From Chania multitudinisentens RB-25 (GTDB taxonomy: Bacteria > Pseudomonadota > Gammaproteobacteria > Enterobacterales > Enterobacteriaceae), in NCBI RefSeq assembly GCF_000520015.2, contig NZ_CP007044.2, positions 5,072,294-5,096,293 of the forward strand: 24,000 bases of DNA, given 5' to 3'. A program made the translations under genes and the position numbers. Of this stretch, positions 9,141 to 18,804 are shown piece by piece (positions within the stretch are counted from its first letter, which is position 1; each line of letters opens with the position of its first letter). The notes beneath the pieces are model-generated. The model ran no database searches, was not told the DNA's origin, and worked only from the letters and a program-made list of their open reading frames with translations.

Positions 9141-9837
9141 TAGGATCGGATATTACAGGCATAAACTTTACCGGAGGAACGATCGCATGCAGAGGTTTAT
9201 TAAACAGATGCCTGTAATCTACATTTTGTTGCTCAATATCACTTTTACCTTGAATCTGATAACCACTATTGGGAAAGATCCCCAACCATAAGTCCTGTTG
9301 CATACAACTGTGCCAGTTTACATCTAACGCATACTGCTGCTTACCTCCCCCTTGAAGAAGCACTAACAATCCGGAACGATAGTTATGAATGAGTTTTGCA
9401 TAATAGGATTTGTTTACAATGTAAGCACATGCACACCATGCCATATTGACACGAACAATATAATCAACACTCTTAAACGGCGTAACCGAATGATAATTAG
9501 CGGCTAAAAAAGCAACATTCCAGCTTATTTTTGATAATGACTGAAAATATCGATTAAGGTTTTCATAATTTTCTTTTTCCTCATTAAAAGCAAAATCATC
9601 TTCAAGAACTAATATTTTTTCCCAATTTTTTTCTTGCGCCATTTCCAGAACAGCAATATGTGAAAGTGTACAGCCAATATATCCAGGATTATATTCAACC
9701 GCATCAAAATGAATAATCTTATTTTTTGACACACCAAGGGATTTTAATTGCCGCATAATGCGTACTCGTCGATCTTTACGTGTCTTGAGGTTTATAAAGA
9801 TCACTTTATCAACAAAATCCCAATTTATAGCACTCAT
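9130..9837 (-). CDS. Glycosyltransferase family 25 (LPS/LOS beta-glycosyltransferase, Lic2B/LgtB-like)
   Basis: Intact 235-aa ORF, very AT-rich. GT25 signature layout: VIFINLKTRKDRR ... FDAV ... GCTLSHIAVLEMA ... ILVLEDDFAF. Confidence 0.8.
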   Translation of the reverse strand: MSAINWDFVDKVIFINLKTRKDRRVRIMRQLKSLGVSKNKIIHFDAVEYNPGYIGCTLSHIAVLEMAQEKNWEKILVLEDDFAFNEEKENYENLNRYFQSLSKISWNVAFLAANYHSVTPFKSVDYIVRVNMAWCACAYIVNKSYYAKLIHNYRSGLLVLLQGGGKQQYALDVNWHSCMQQDLWLGIFPNSGYQIQGKSDIEQQNVDYRHLFNKPLHAIVPPVKFMPVISDPIDR

Positions 9838-9885
9838 GATATTATTACCCTTACAATTAACCCAAAACTTCCAACACCTGCCTAC

Positions 9886-9921
9886 TTACACAAATATGGC
9901 TCTCAGGTCATATTTGTGTAA
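9886..9921. repeat. Perfect 13-bp inverted repeat upstream of the GT25 gene (candidate operator or hairpin)
   Basis: ttacacaaatatg (9886-9898), 10-nt spacer, catatttgtgtaa (9909-9921). It lies 49-84 nt upstream of the GT25 start codon at 9837. Confidence 0.6.
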
Positions 9922-10160
9922 AATAGTTTTCTCCACTAATATTTTTACCCACATCAATATTCCCTTATCACTCGGTTAAAACTAAATAACCGTATAGCTG
10001 CTAGCAATACCTTTCACGACGTATTGTTAAACTTTAAATTACACTATGGATTAGCAATTTTCATGCCAAAATAAAAACAATAGGAAATCAGAGCAGTATC
10101 ATCCAAGCGGAAGTGATTCTTCCGGAAAATATCTGACAATAGGAAATAAATCGTCTCAAA

Positions 10161-10190
10161 TAAAAAAACCATCATCCTGTCTCAGGATGA
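10161..10190 (-). terminator. Candidate intrinsic terminator downstream of the integrase remnant
   Basis: 8-bp stem tcatcctg (10172-10179) / caggatga (10183-10190) with a 3-nt loop. On the minus strand it is followed by tggttttttta. Confidence 0.45.
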
Positions 10191-10273
10191 AAAAATTCTC
10201 GAAAGTGCTCTGGCAGAGGTTTTTTTTCATTTACACATTGCCATTTTGCGAGGGCCATGACCCATAAGACTGA

Positions 10274-10629
10274 CTATTTGCCCTCCAAGCAGGATTCACC
10301 ACCAGCACTTTTACGCGCCTCGATACGCTCAATGAGATAAAGCTCAACCAATCCCCGTACCGTCAGCACTGCTATTTATGGCTCTCTTCCAACGGCCGTT
10401 GCTTTTCTTCTTTCAACTCAGTGGCAAGACAACGCCCTTCATTTTTAATTTTCTTGAGTTCTTGCAACTTCATCCGAGCCATTACAAGCGTAGTTTGCGG
10501 GATGCTTCCAATTTTTACCTGTGACAGCATATTGGTCACTGGGCTAGTATAGCGATAGAAAAAAGTCTTAATAACCTCCGTTCATACTGATTTGGTTAAC
10601 AAAGGTTTGCCAGCCTGTTTAACTGCCAT
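10274..10629 (-). pseudogene. Tyrosine integrase remnant (P4-like, DUF4102 arm-binding N-terminus only)
   Basis: Minus-strand reading gives MAVKQAGKPLLTKSV*TEVIKTFFYRYTSPVTNMLSQVKIGSIPQTTLVMARMKLQELKKIKNEGR... This matches the arm-domain pattern W.FRY..P.tgk...LG.YP..SL..AR......G.DP. A frame-shifted continuation LTVRGLVELYLIERIEARKSAGGE resembles the start of the core-binding SAM-like domain. One in-frame stop and one frameshift. The catalytic domain is absent. Confidence 0.55.
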
Positions 10630-10705
10630 GTTATGCTTTACTTTATGACCAACCAATTGATTTGCCTGAGCGGATACCCAACTGATGCAGATTATACGTT
10701 TATGG

Positions 10706-10939
10706 AAAAGACCTCCCCCTAGCCTGCGTCACATCCCACACTTTGACTCGTATTATGCGAGTAGGATTGAGTGACTCTTCATGAGATGACACGATACCCA
10801 ATGATGACAGCGAAATCACAATCAATTTTAAATTCAATGGATTGGAACCGATAATCTTATGACTAGCACCGAAAAATTCGATTCCCATACGCCAATGATG
10901 CAGCAGTACCTCCGCCTGAAGGCACAACACCCAGAGATC
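10706..10939 (+). repeat. Right (proximal) copy: the functional mutS upstream region and the first ~27 mutS codons, homologous to 8212-8396
   Basis: Same alignment as the left copy. This copy is continuous with the intact mutS ORF. Confidence 0.5.
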
Positions 10940-13414
10940 CTACTGTTCTACCGGATGGGGGATTTCTATGAGCTATTTTACGATGATGCAAAACGCGCAT
11001 CGCAGTTGCTGGATATTTCACTCACCAAACGCGGTGCATCTGCCGGTGAACCAATCCCGATGGCGGGCGTCCCTCACCATGCGGTGGAAAACTATCTCGC
11101 TAAATTGGTACAGCTCGGTGAGTCTGTCGCGATTTGCGAACAAATTGGCGATCCAGCCACCAGTAAAGGCCCTGTCGAACGCAAAGTTGTCCGAATCGTC
11201 ACTCCGGGTACCATCACCGATGAAGCTTTGCTGCAAGAACGGCAAGATAACCTGCTGGCGGCCATCTGGCAGGATGCGCGCGGTTTCGGCTATGCCACGC
11301 TGGATATCAGCTCTGGTCGCTTCCGGGTTGCCGAACCGGAAGACCTTGAAACCATGGCTGCCGAACTGCAACGTACCAATCCGGCAGAGCTTCTATACCC
11401 AGAAAGTTTTGAGCAGATGGCTCTGATCGAACAGCGCCACGGTCTGCGCCGCCGCCCACTGTGGGAATTTGAGCTGGAAACGGCGCGTCAGCAGTTAAAT
11501 CTGCAATTCGGCACTCGCGATCTCACCGGTTTTGGCGTTGAACAGGCGCAGCAAGCACTGCGTGCCGCAGGTTGCCTGCTGCAATACGTCAAAGACACCC
11601 AACGCACCTCACTACCGCATATCCGTGGGATCACCATGGAGCGCCAACAGGATGGCATCATTATGGATGCCGCCACCCGCCGCAACCTGGAAATCACGCA
11701 AAACCTTTCAGGCGGTAGCGAGAACACACTGGCGGCGATCCTCGATCGCACCGTTACCCCTATGGGCAGCCGCATGTTGAAGCGTTGGTTGCATATGCCC
11801 ACACGTGACATCAACACGCTAAACAGCCGCCAACAAGCTATTGCAGCACTACAGGAATTGAGCAACGACGTGCAGCAACCGCTACGCCAGGTAGGCGATC
11901 TGGAACGTATTTTAGCGCGCTTAGCGTTACGTACCGCTCGCCCACGCGATCTGGCCCGTATGCGCCACGCTTTCCAGCAACTACCCGATATTCGTGCATC
12001 GCTGGAAAACACGGCAACGCCGCATGTGCAAAAGCTGTTGTCACAAATTGGCCAGTTTGATGAACTACAGCACCTGCTGGAACGAGCCATTGTTGAAGCT
12101 CCCCCCGTGCTGGTGCGTGATGGTGGTGTGATTGCCCCCGGTTATAACGAAGAGTTAGACGAGTGGCGAGCACTGGCTGATGGAGCCAGCGACTATCTGG
12201 ATCGCCTAGAGATCCGCGAACGTGAAAAGCTCGGGCTTGATACGTTGAAAGTCGGCTTCAACGGTGTACATGGTTATTATATTCAGGTCAGCCGTGGGCA
12301 AAGCCACCTGGTGCCAATCCACTATGTACGCCGCCAAACGCTAAAAAATGCTGAACGCTACATCATTCCAGAGTTGAAAGAGTATGAAGATAAGGTACTG
12401 ACTTCAAAAGGGAAAGCATTAGCGATTGAAAAAGGGCTGTATGAAGAACTGTTCGATCTGCTGCTGCCACATCTTGAAGAACTGCAACAAAGTGCCGGAG
12501 CACTGGCAGAGCTAGATGTACTGGCCACTCTGGCTGAACGCGCCGAAACGCTGAACTATATTTGCCCAACCATGAGCGAGCAACCGGGTATCCGCATCAG
12601 CGAAGGGCGGCACCCGGTAGTAGAGCAGGTACTGAGTGAACCCTTTATCGCCAACCCGATCTCACTGTCGCCGCAGCGGCGCATGTTGATCATCACTGGC
12701 CCAAACATGGGTGGTAAAAGTACCTATATGCGCCAAACAGCCTTGATTGTACTCATGGCGCATATTGGCAGTTTTGTGCCCGCAGTAAAAGCTTTCATCG
12801 GCCCGATAGACCGGATCTTTACCCGCGTCGGCGCGGCAGACGATCTGGCCTCTGGTCGCTCAACCTTTATGGTGGAAATGACCGAAACCGCCAATATCCT
12901 GCATAATGCCACAGAAAATAGCCTGGTGCTGATGGATGAGATCGGGCGTGGCACTTCTACTTATGATGGGCTTTCGCTGGCCTGGGCTTGTGCCGAAAAC
13001 CTGGCTAACCGTATCAAAGCCATGACATTGTTTGCTACGCATTACTTCGAACTCACCACCTTGCCAGAAAAAATGGAAGGTGTCGTCAACGTGCATTTGG
13101 ATGCGCTTGAGCACGGCGATACCATCGCTTTTATGCACAGCGTTCAAGACGGTGCGGCCAGCAAGAGCTACGGGCTGGCGGTCGCTGCGCTGGCCGGTGT
13201 GCCGCGTGATGTGATCAAGCGTGCTCGCCAGAAACTGCGTGAACTGGAAAGTCTCTCCAGCCAAACCGCTGCGGGTACGGTAGATGCAACCCAGATGACG
13301 TTGTTGAATGAAGAGATTCCACCAGCTGTAGAAGCACTGGAAACCTTAGATCCAGACTCTTTATCACCACGCCAGGCATTGGAATGGATCTACCGGCTGA
13401 AAAGCATGGTCTAA
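10859..13414 (+). CDS. mutS: DNA mismatch repair protein MutS
   Basis: 851 aa, colinear with E. coli MutS from [31 protein letters not shown] through Walker [10 protein letters not shown] to the C-terminal EWIYRLKS. Confidence 0.97.
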   Translation: MTSTEKFDSHTPMMQQYLRLKAQHPEILLFYRMGDFYELFYDDAKRASQLLDISLTKRGASAGEPIPMAGVPHHAVENYLAKLVQLGESVAICEQIGDPATSKGPVERKVVRIVTPGTITDEALLQERQDNLLAAIWQDARGFGYATLDISSGRFRVAEPEDLETMAAELQRTNPAELLYPESFEQMALIEQRHGLRRRPLWEFELETARQQLNLQFGTRDLTGFGVEQAQQALRAAGCLLQYVKDTQRTSLPHIRGITMERQQDGIIMDAATRRNLEITQNLSGGSENTLAAILDRTVTPMGSRMLKRWLHMPTRDINTLNSRQQAIAALQELSNDVQQPLRQVGDLERILARLALRTARPRDLARMRHAFQQLPDIRASLENTATPHVQKLLSQIGQFDELQHLLERAIVEAPPVLVRDGGVIAPGYNEELDEWRALADGASDYLDRLEIREREKLGLDTLKVGFNGVHGYYIQVSRGQSHLVPIHYVRRQTLKNAERYIIPELKEYEDKVLTSKGKALAIEKGLYEELFDLLLPHLEELQQSAGALAELDVLATLAERAETLNYICPTMSEQPGIRISEGRHPVVEQVLSEPFIANPISLSPQRRMLIITGPNMGGKSTYMRQTALIVLMAHIGSFVPAVKAFIGPIDRIFTRVGAADDLASGRSTFMVEMTETANILHNATENSLVLMDEIGRGTSTYDGLSLAWACAENLANRIKAMTLFATHYFELTTLPEKMEGVVNVHLDALEHGDTIAFMHSVQDGAASKSYGLAVAALAGVPRDVIKRARQKLRELESLSSQTAAGTVDATQMTLLNEEIPPAVEALETLDPDSLSPRQALEWIYRLKSMV

Positions 13415-13435
13415 GCCAGCTAAAATTGCTGACAT

Positions 13436-13467
13436 AAAAAACGGTGGGCATACGCCCACCGTTTTTA
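13436..13467. terminator. Bidirectional intrinsic terminator shared by convergent mutS and rpoS
   Basis: 9-bp GC-rich stem acggtgggc (13441-13449) / gcccaccgt (13454-13462) with loop atac. A-run on the left (13436-13440) and T-run on the right. Confidence 0.85.
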
Positions 13468-13486
13468 TTGTAATGTCGATAAACGT

Positions 13487-14485
13487 TTATTCGCGAAACA
13501 GCGCCTCTATGCTCAAACCCTGCGTTTGCAGAATCTCACGCAAACGCCGTAAGCCTTCAACCTGAATCTGACGAACACGCTCGCGTGTCAAGCCAATCTC
13601 GCGACCCACATCTTCCAACGTTGCCGCTTCATAACCCAATAGACCGAAACGACGAGCCAGCACTTCACGCTGTTTGGCGTTCAATTCGAACAACCATTTC
13701 ACGATGCTTTGCTTCATATCATCGTCTTGCGTGGTGTCTTCCGGCCCGTTGTCTTTCTCATCAGCCAGAATATCCAACAACGCTTTCTCTGAATCGCCCC
13801 CTAATGGCGTATCAACAGAAGTGATACGTTCATTCAGGCGCAGCATCCGGCTGACATCATCAACCGATTTGTCGAGTTGCTCCGCAATCTCTTCAGCGCT
13901 CGGTTCATGATCCAATTTGTGAGAAAGCTCACGCGCGGTACGCAAGTAAACATTCAGTTCTTTAACGATATGAATTGGCAAACGGATAGTACGGGTTTGA
14001 TTCATAATCGCCCGTTCAATCGTCTGGCGAATCCACCACGTTGCATAAGTAGAGAAACGGAAACCGCGCTCTGGATCAAACTTTTCTACCGCACGAATCA
14101 GACCGAGGTTACCCTCTTCGATCAGATCCAGCAGCGCCAGACCGCGATTACTGTAGCGACGGGCAATTTTCACCACCAGCCGCAGATTGCTCTCTATCAT
14201 GCGGCGGCGAGACGGTACGTCTCCACGCAGTGCGCGCCGCGCAAAATAAACCTCTTCCTCTGCAGTCAGCAGAGGGGAATAACCGATTTCGCCCAGATAG
14301 AGCTGCGTTGCATCCAATACGCGTTGGGTAACACCTTGAGACAACAGCTCGTCTTCCGCTAAATCATTCTCACTGGCTTCTTCTTCTGCCAGATCTTTTT
14401 CGTCGAATGATTCAACCTCCGTGGCGTTCTCATCGAAATCTGCATCGTCATGTAACTCGTTAACTTTCAGCGTATTTTGGCTCAT
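13487..14485 (-). CDS. rpoS: RNA polymerase sigma factor RpoS (sigma-38)
   Basis: 332 aa, near-identical to enterobacterial RpoS across regions 2-4 ([22 protein letters not shown] ... [16 protein letters not shown] ... [19 protein letters not shown]). Conserved gggtaggagcc Shine-Dalgarno context upstream. Confidence 0.97.
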   Translation of the reverse strand: MSQNTLKVNELHDDADFDENATEVESFDEKDLAEEEASENDLAEDELLSQGVTQRVLDATQLYLGEIGYSPLLTAEEEVYFARRALRGDVPSRRRMIESNLRLVVKIARRYSNRGLALLDLIEEGNLGLIRAVEKFDPERGFRFSTYATWWIRQTIERAIMNQTRTIRLPIHIVKELNVYLRTARELSHKLDHEPSAEEIAEQLDKSVDDVSRMLRLNERITSVDTPLGGDSEKALLDILADEKDNGPEDTTQDDDMKQSIVKWLFELNAKQREVLARRFGLLGYEAATLEDVGREIGLTRERVRQIQVEGLRRLREILQTQGLSIEALFRE

Positions 14486-15039
14486 AAGCGGCTCCTACCC
14501 GTGATACCGCGAACAGAATACAACGCACTCTGTCCAATCTATCGCTGCGGAAGATAACGCAGCGGGTTTACGGATTTCCCCTTGTAACGAATTTCAAAAT
14601 GCAAACGTACTGAACTGGTTCCGGTGCTTCCCATCGTTGCTATTTTTTGCCCCGCCTTCACCTCTTGTTGTTCCCGGACCAGCATTGTGTCGTTATGGGC
14701 GTAGGCGCTCAGGTAATCATCATTGTGTTTGATGATGATTAGATTACCGTAACCCCGTAAAGCATTGCCTGCATAAACTACCCGACCATCAGCGGTAGCA
14801 AAAATAGGCTGCCCACGGGTGCCACCGATATCGATACCTTTATTCCCACCTTCCGATGAGGAGAAGTTATCAATAATCTTACCGTCTGTTGGCCATCTCC
14901 AACTGCTAACCGGAGCGCTATTACTGACGGTGCTGCTCACTGGTAGTGTCGCAGCTGGCGCGATAACAGGAGCAGTGACTGAACCTGCCACAGTTGCTCC
15001 TGATGAAGGTAACATCTTACCTACATTCTGTTTACCCGA
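14486..15039 (-). promoter_or_regulatory. Long rpoS 5' leader embedded in nlpD (target region of the Hfq-dependent sRNAs in E. coli)
   Basis: In E. coli the main rpoS transcript starts inside nlpD and has a leader of about 560 nt. Here the sequence upstream of the rpoS ATG (tcacgggtaggagccgcttatg, and the ttgaaattcgttacaaggggaaatccgtaaacccgctgcg block at the nlpD 3' end) matches what I remember of the E. coli leader. The 5' limit is inferred from the candidate -10 element. Confidence 0.55.
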
Positions 15040-15546
15040 GTTACCAGAATACGCGTTAGTTGATTGGGAATCAACCGTTACAGTTTGTATCTGAGAACTG
15101 GATGGTGGCTTAGGTACACCACCACGAGTGGCGTCCGTAGCTGCCAGCATGCCGCCATTGCCGCCGTTAGTTGAGCCACTACCAAGTTGAATGGTTTGGC
15201 CGACTTCCAGGCTATATGGCTCAGGGATATTATTACGTTGAGCCAGATCACGGAAATCGTTCCCGGTGATCCAGGCAATATAGAACAACGTATCACCGTG
15301 TTTAACGGTATAAGTGTTACCGCTGTAACTTCCTTTGGGGATCGAATTGTAACTGCGATTATAAACAATACGCCCCGGCGCAGCGGTGTTCCCTCCAACA
15401 TTAGCAGACGAGCTACCTCCATCACCATTTACACTGCTGATCGGTGCAGAAGTAGAATTATTATTTGAACAACCTGCCAACCACAAACTTAACATCGTAC
15501 ACACCGCAACCCGGCGCAAAGTAATCATTGGGCTTCCAGTACTCAT
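14539..15546 (-). CDS. nlpD: Murein hydrolase activator lipoprotein NlpD (LysM + degenerate M23 peptidase domain)
   Basis: 335 aa. Lipobox LWLAGCS. LysM block [30 protein letters not shown]-terminal GNKGIDI ... [21 protein letters not shown] ... [21 protein letters not shown], as in E. coli NlpD. Confidence 0.95.
   Translation of the reverse strand: MSTGSPMITLRRVAVCTMLSLWLAGCSNNNSTSAPISSVNGDGGSSSANVGGNTAAPGRIVYNRSYNSIPKGSYSGNTYTVKHGDTLFYIAWITGNDFRDLAQRNNIPEPYSLEVGQTIQLGSGSTNGGNGGMLAATDATRGGVPKPPSSSQIQTVTVDSQSTNAYSGNSGKQNVGKMLPSSGATVAGSVTAPVIAPAATLPVSSTVSNSAPVSSWRWPTDGKIIDNFSSSEGGNKGIDIGGTRGQPIFATADGRVVYAGNALRGYGNLIIIKHNDDYLSAYAHNDTMLVREQQEVKAGQKIATMGSTGTSSVRLHFEIRYKGKSVNPLRYLPQR
15046..15051 (-). 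promoter_or_regulatory. Candidate -10 hexamer (TATTCT) of the internal rpoS promoter
   Basis: The minus strand reads gcgtattctgg within the nlpD codons for A-Y-S-G. This corresponds in position to the ACGTATTCTGAG (T-Y-S-E) segment that I recall carrying the rpoS promoter -10 in E. coli nlpD. It sits about 560 nt upstream of the rpoS ATG. Confidence 0.35.
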
Positions 15547-15860
15547 GCTTCCCCCATGACAGCAATATCAGCGATATATCCAAAAACCCTTTACATCGTA
15601 GTCGAGCTTGAAATTTTTCTCAGTTTCCACAATGCAAGGTTTTCCCAGGCCGACCCCTGAACACCCAGCGATCTCTTGCCAAGGAATCAAAAAAACAGTG
15701 CTGCCAATGCGTTACCCAATAGCTTGCAAACAATCAGAGTATTACCACATTAGCGCTACCGCACCCTATTACAACGGCAAAAAACAATTACCTTGGAACC
15801 TAAAACGCTAAAACCTTAACCGGACTTGATGAAAGTGCAATAAATTTCGCCCTGTTATTA

Positions 15861-16487
15861 TTAGGCTAACTCACCTTTCACCAGCGGAACAAATCGTACC
15901 GCTTCAACGGCATTGATAGAAAATGTCTTCCCGCAACGCTGAATGCGCTTAAGCATCTGTGCTTGCTCACCCACTGGCAGCACCAGAATGCCTCCATCAT
16001 CCAATTGGTCCATTAACGCCTGCGGAATTTCCAACGGGGCTGCCGTCACAATGATCGCATCAAACGGCCCACGAGATGCCCAGCCCAGCCAACCATCGCC
16101 ATGGCGCGTGGAAATGTTATGCAGATCGAGCTGTTTCAAGCGGCGCTTTGCCTGCCATTGCAACCCTTTGATACGCTCAACCGAGCAAACATGCTGCACC
16201 AAATGGGCCAGAATCGCGGTCTGATAACCGGAGCCCGTACCGATCTCCAACACTCTGGAAGCGGGTGTCAGATTCAATAGTTCCGTCATGCGCGCAACCA
16301 TATAAGGCTGAGAAATCGTTTGGCCCGAACCGATAGGCAACGCGGTATTTTCGTAGGCCTTATGTTCAAGCGCCTCGTCAACAAAACGCTCACGCGGCAC
16401 ATTTTCGATTGCTTTAAGCAGCCGTTCGTCCCTGATCCCTTGCTGGCGCAGTTGCATCAGCAATGTTTGCATGCGTTTGTTCACCAT
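15861..16487 (-). CDS. pcm: Protein-L-isoaspartate O-methyltransferase
   Basis: 208 aa, colinear with E. coli Pcm ([15 protein letters not shown] ... [19 protein letters not shown] ... [12 protein letters not shown]). Confidence 0.95.
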   Translation of the reverse strand: MVNKRMQTLLMQLRQQGIRDERLLKAIENVPRERFVDEALEHKAYENTALPIGSGQTISQPYMVARMTELLNLTPASRVLEIGTGSGYQTAILAHLVQHVCSVERIKGLQWQAKRRLKQLDLHNISTRHGDGWLGWASRGPFDAIIVTAAPLEIPQALMDQLDDGGILVLPVGEQAQMLKRIQRCGKTFSINAVEAVRFVPLVKGELA

Positions 16488-17242
16488 TCCCCGCTAACCT
16501 CTATTTTGGTTAACCATGTTGTCAGCACCTCTAGCGCGCCATAGGCAGTCAAATCCACCTGCAAAGGCGTAACGGCAACATACCCCTGCTCCATTGCCGC
16601 GAAATCAGTATCTGGGCCAGCATCAAATTTATCCCCAGGAGGCCCGATCCAATACAAACTCTGACCATGCGGATCCTGCTGACAAAAAACCTTATCGGCA
16701 GGATGCCGACTGCCACAGCGAGCCACACGAATGCCTTTAATCTCCGTAAGCGGTAAATCAGGCACGTTAATATTAAGGATTTTTCCGGTACGCAGCGGTT
16801 CACGCTGCAACGCACGCAACAGGCTACAGGTGACCACAGCGGCTGTATCATAATGCTGATGGCCATTCAGCGACACCGCAAGCGCCGGCAAACCCAGATG
16901 GCGGCCTTCCATCGCGGCGGCAACCGTGCCGGAATAAATAACGTCATCCCCCAAGTTGGCTCCAGCGTTAATGCCAGAAACCACCACATCGGGAGCCGGG
17001 CGCATCAAAGCATTAACCCCCAGGTAAACGCAATCTGTTGGTGTACCCGATTCAACGGCAATATCCCCGTTCGGCAACGCTATTACGCGCAACGGTGAAC
17101 TTAACGTTAACGCATTGGAAGAACCACTGCGGTTACGATCGGGTGCAACTATCTGTACAGTGGCAAATTCGCGAAGGTGTTTAGCCAGCACCTGAATACC
17201 TGGAGCCGAAACACCATCATCATTACTCAGTAATATCCGCAT
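16481..17242 (-). CDS. surE: 5'/3'-nucleotidase SurE
   Basis: Start set at the internal ATG at 17242 ([11 protein letters not shown], the conserved SurE N-terminus). The track ORF extends 53 codons further into truD. 253 aa, colinear with E. coli SurE. Confidence 0.93.
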   Translation of the reverse strand: MRILLSNDDGVSAPGIQVLAKHLREFATVQIVAPDRNRSGSSNALTLSSPLRVIALPNGDIAVESGTPTDCVYLGVNALMRPAPDVVVSGINAGANLGDDVIYSGTVAAAMEGRHLGLPALAVSLNGHQHYDTAAVVTCSLLRALQREPLRTGKILNINVPDLPLTEIKGIRVARCGSRHPADKVFCQQDPHGQSLYWIGPPGDKFDAGPDTDFAAMEQGYVAVTPLQVDLTAYGALEVLTTWLTKIEVSGEW

Positions 17243-18269
17243 CACTGTTATCCTGCTGTATGACTTCACGAACAACGCTGGTAGCAAAGCTGCCTGCAGG
17301 CAACCAAAAGCGCAATTCCACGGTGACATCATCCCACCAGTTCCACAGCAGTTTCTGCGGTTGTAACAGCAGGGCTCGGCGAGCAGATTCAACACGCTCA
17401 CGTTTTAAAAGCGTAAGCAATTCCGGCTGTTCCGCCAAGCATTGTTGTTCAAATTTAAGTGCTTCCCCGGCAGTACCCGGATCACCATCACCCGGCAACG
17501 GGGCAGTAATCAGCAACTCTTGAGCATCCAAACGCTGTTGCAGGCTAACCAGTTCCTCTGGCTTAGCCACAAACCAACTGCCACGCCCGGCCAACTGCAA
17601 TGCGTCACCTTCCAGTACCGTATATTGCTGCTGATTAGCCAAACGCTGGCTGGTAATAAAATTGAACAGTGCGCTACGGCTGGCAGAGAGATAAAAACTA
17701 CGCTTGCTCCGCTCTTTTACTCGGATTTGATCATTGGCCCAGCGGCTGGCCATAACCAGATTATTGCCACCGTGACCAAAGCGTTGGCTGCCAAAATAAT
17801 TTGGCACACCACCCGCCGCAATCGCCAGCAAACGCTGCTCCACCTCTTGACGGTTGCTGATCTGGCGTAATACCAGAGTAAAATCATTGCCTTTCAAGGT
17901 GCCGATGCGCAGCTTGCGCAAATGGCGTGCGGCCTGTAATACTTCGCAGCCTTCAAGTGAAAACTGAGTGAGATCGGGGGATTCTTTGCCTGGCAGATGC
18001 AGGCAGAACCACTGTTCAGTCACCGCATGGCGATCTTTCAAGCCTGCATAACTGACCGAACGGGCATGAATGCCGGCAAATTTCGCCAGGCTGTCTGCAA
18101 CAAACTGCGTGTTACAGCCGTTTTTACGGATATTCACCAACAGGTGTTCACCTTCACCATCTGGCGTAAAGCCCAGGTCTTCCACCACCACAAAATCTTC
18201 TGGATTGGCTTTCAGTACCCCACGAGCCTGTGGTTTACCATGTAGCCAAGTCAGATTTGCCATATCCAT
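17223..18269 (-). CDS. truD: tRNA pseudouridine(13) synthase TruD
   Basis: 348 aa. [23 protein letters not shown] ... [10 protein letters not shown] ... [11 protein letters not shown] ... [15 protein letters not shown] matches E. coli TruD. Overlaps the surE start by 20 nt. Confidence 0.93.
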   Translation of the reverse strand: MDMANLTWLHGKPQARGVLKANPEDFVVVEDLGFTPDGEGEHLLVNIRKNGCNTQFVADSLAKFAGIHARSVSYAGLKDRHAVTEQWFCLHLPGKESPDLTQFSLEGCEVLQAARHLRKLRIGTLKGNDFTLVLRQISNRQEVEQRLLAIAAGGVPNYFGSQRFGHGGNNLVMASRWANDQIRVKERSKRSFYLSASRSALFNFITSQRLANQQQYTVLEGDALQLAGRGSWFVAKPEELVSLQQRLDAQELLITAPLPGDGDPGTAGEALKFEQQCLAEQPELLTLLKRERVESARRALLLQPQKLLWNWWDDVTVELRFWLPAGSFATSVVREVIQQDNSDADITE

Positions 18270-18273
18270 GCGC

Positions 18274-18747
18274 CTACCCCTTGATCAACAAGGCAACCGC
18301 TTCACAGGCAATCCCTTCACCCCGCCCGGTAAAACCCAGTTGTTCGGTGGTAGTCGCTTTAACGTTGACATCCTCTATATGGCACTGTAGGTCTTCTGCC
18401 AGGAAAACGCGCATCTGGGGAATATGCGGTGCCATCTTCGGTGCTTGCGCGATGATGGTCACATCCAGGTTACCTAGGCGATAACCCTTGGCGCGAATAC
18501 GTTTCCAGGCTTCACGCAGCAATTCACGGCTGTCGGCCCCTTTGAATGCCGGATCGGTATCCGGGAACAGTTTGCCAATATCCCCCAACGCCGCAGCCCC
18601 TAACAGTGCATCAGTGGCCGCATGCAGTGCGACATCACCATCCGAGTGCGCCAGCAAACCTTTCTCGTAAGGAATGCGGACACCACCGATCACCAGCGGC
18701 CCTTCGCCGCCAAATTTATGGACATCAAAACCGTGACCAATACGCAT
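18274..18747 (-). CDS. ispF: 2-C-methyl-D-erythritol 2,4-cyclodiphosphate synthase
   Basis: 157 aa. [17 protein letters not shown] ... [10 protein letters not shown] ... [17 protein letters not shown], near-identical to E. coli IspF. Confidence 0.95.
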   Translation of the reverse strand: MRIGHGFDVHKFGGEGPLVIGGVRIPYEKGLLAHSDGDVALHAATDALLGAAALGDIGKLFPDTDPAFKGADSRELLREAWKRIRAKGYRLGNLDVTIIAQAPKMAPHIPQMRVFLAEDLQCHIEDVNVKATTTEQLGFTGRGEGIACEAVALLIKG

Positions 18748-18804
18748 GACGCGCTCCTTAATTGTCGATACCCACCATTTTTCAAGTTGCTCTCTCGCGG
18801 CAAC

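Larger units (their letters stand above)
8212..10939. mobile_element. Degenerate integrative islet at the mutS 5' end (direct-repeat bracketed, AT-rich, integrase stump, cargo partly pseudogenised)
   Basis: Diverged direct repeats at both ends (see the repeat features). Base composition is visibly lower in GC than both flanks. The integrase N-terminal remnant lies adjacent to the mutS-proximal repeat. Two of three recognisable genes are inactivated. Confidence 0.5.

Noticed and set aside
8902-9291. 129-aa plus-strand ORF in the islet.
   Set aside because: It lies antisense to the SDR pseudogene and the GT25 3' end. It has a low-complexity, basic and isoleucine-rich composition typical of an AT-rich shadow frame, and no recognisable motif.
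9600-9640. Homopolymer tracts (A7 and A6 on the coding strand) in the GT25 gene as phase-variation switches, as in Haemophilus and Neisseria LOS genes.
   Set aside because: The tracts are short, and no tetranucleotide or long poly-G/C repeat is present. They are expected by composition in such AT-rich sequence.
11488-12090. Long antisense ORFs inside mutS (200 aa), rpoS (13877..14362), truD (17442..17870), nlpD and the kinase gene.
   Set aside because: These are shadow ORFs opposite strongly supported genes. They are Arg/Ser/Cys-rich, with no motifs and no start context.
16481-17401. Track ORF giving SurE a 53-aa N-terminal extension.
   Set aside because: The extension overlaps the truD coding sequence and is Cys/Asn-rich nonsense. 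The conserved SurE N-terminus [10 protein letters not shown] begins at the internal ATG at 17242.
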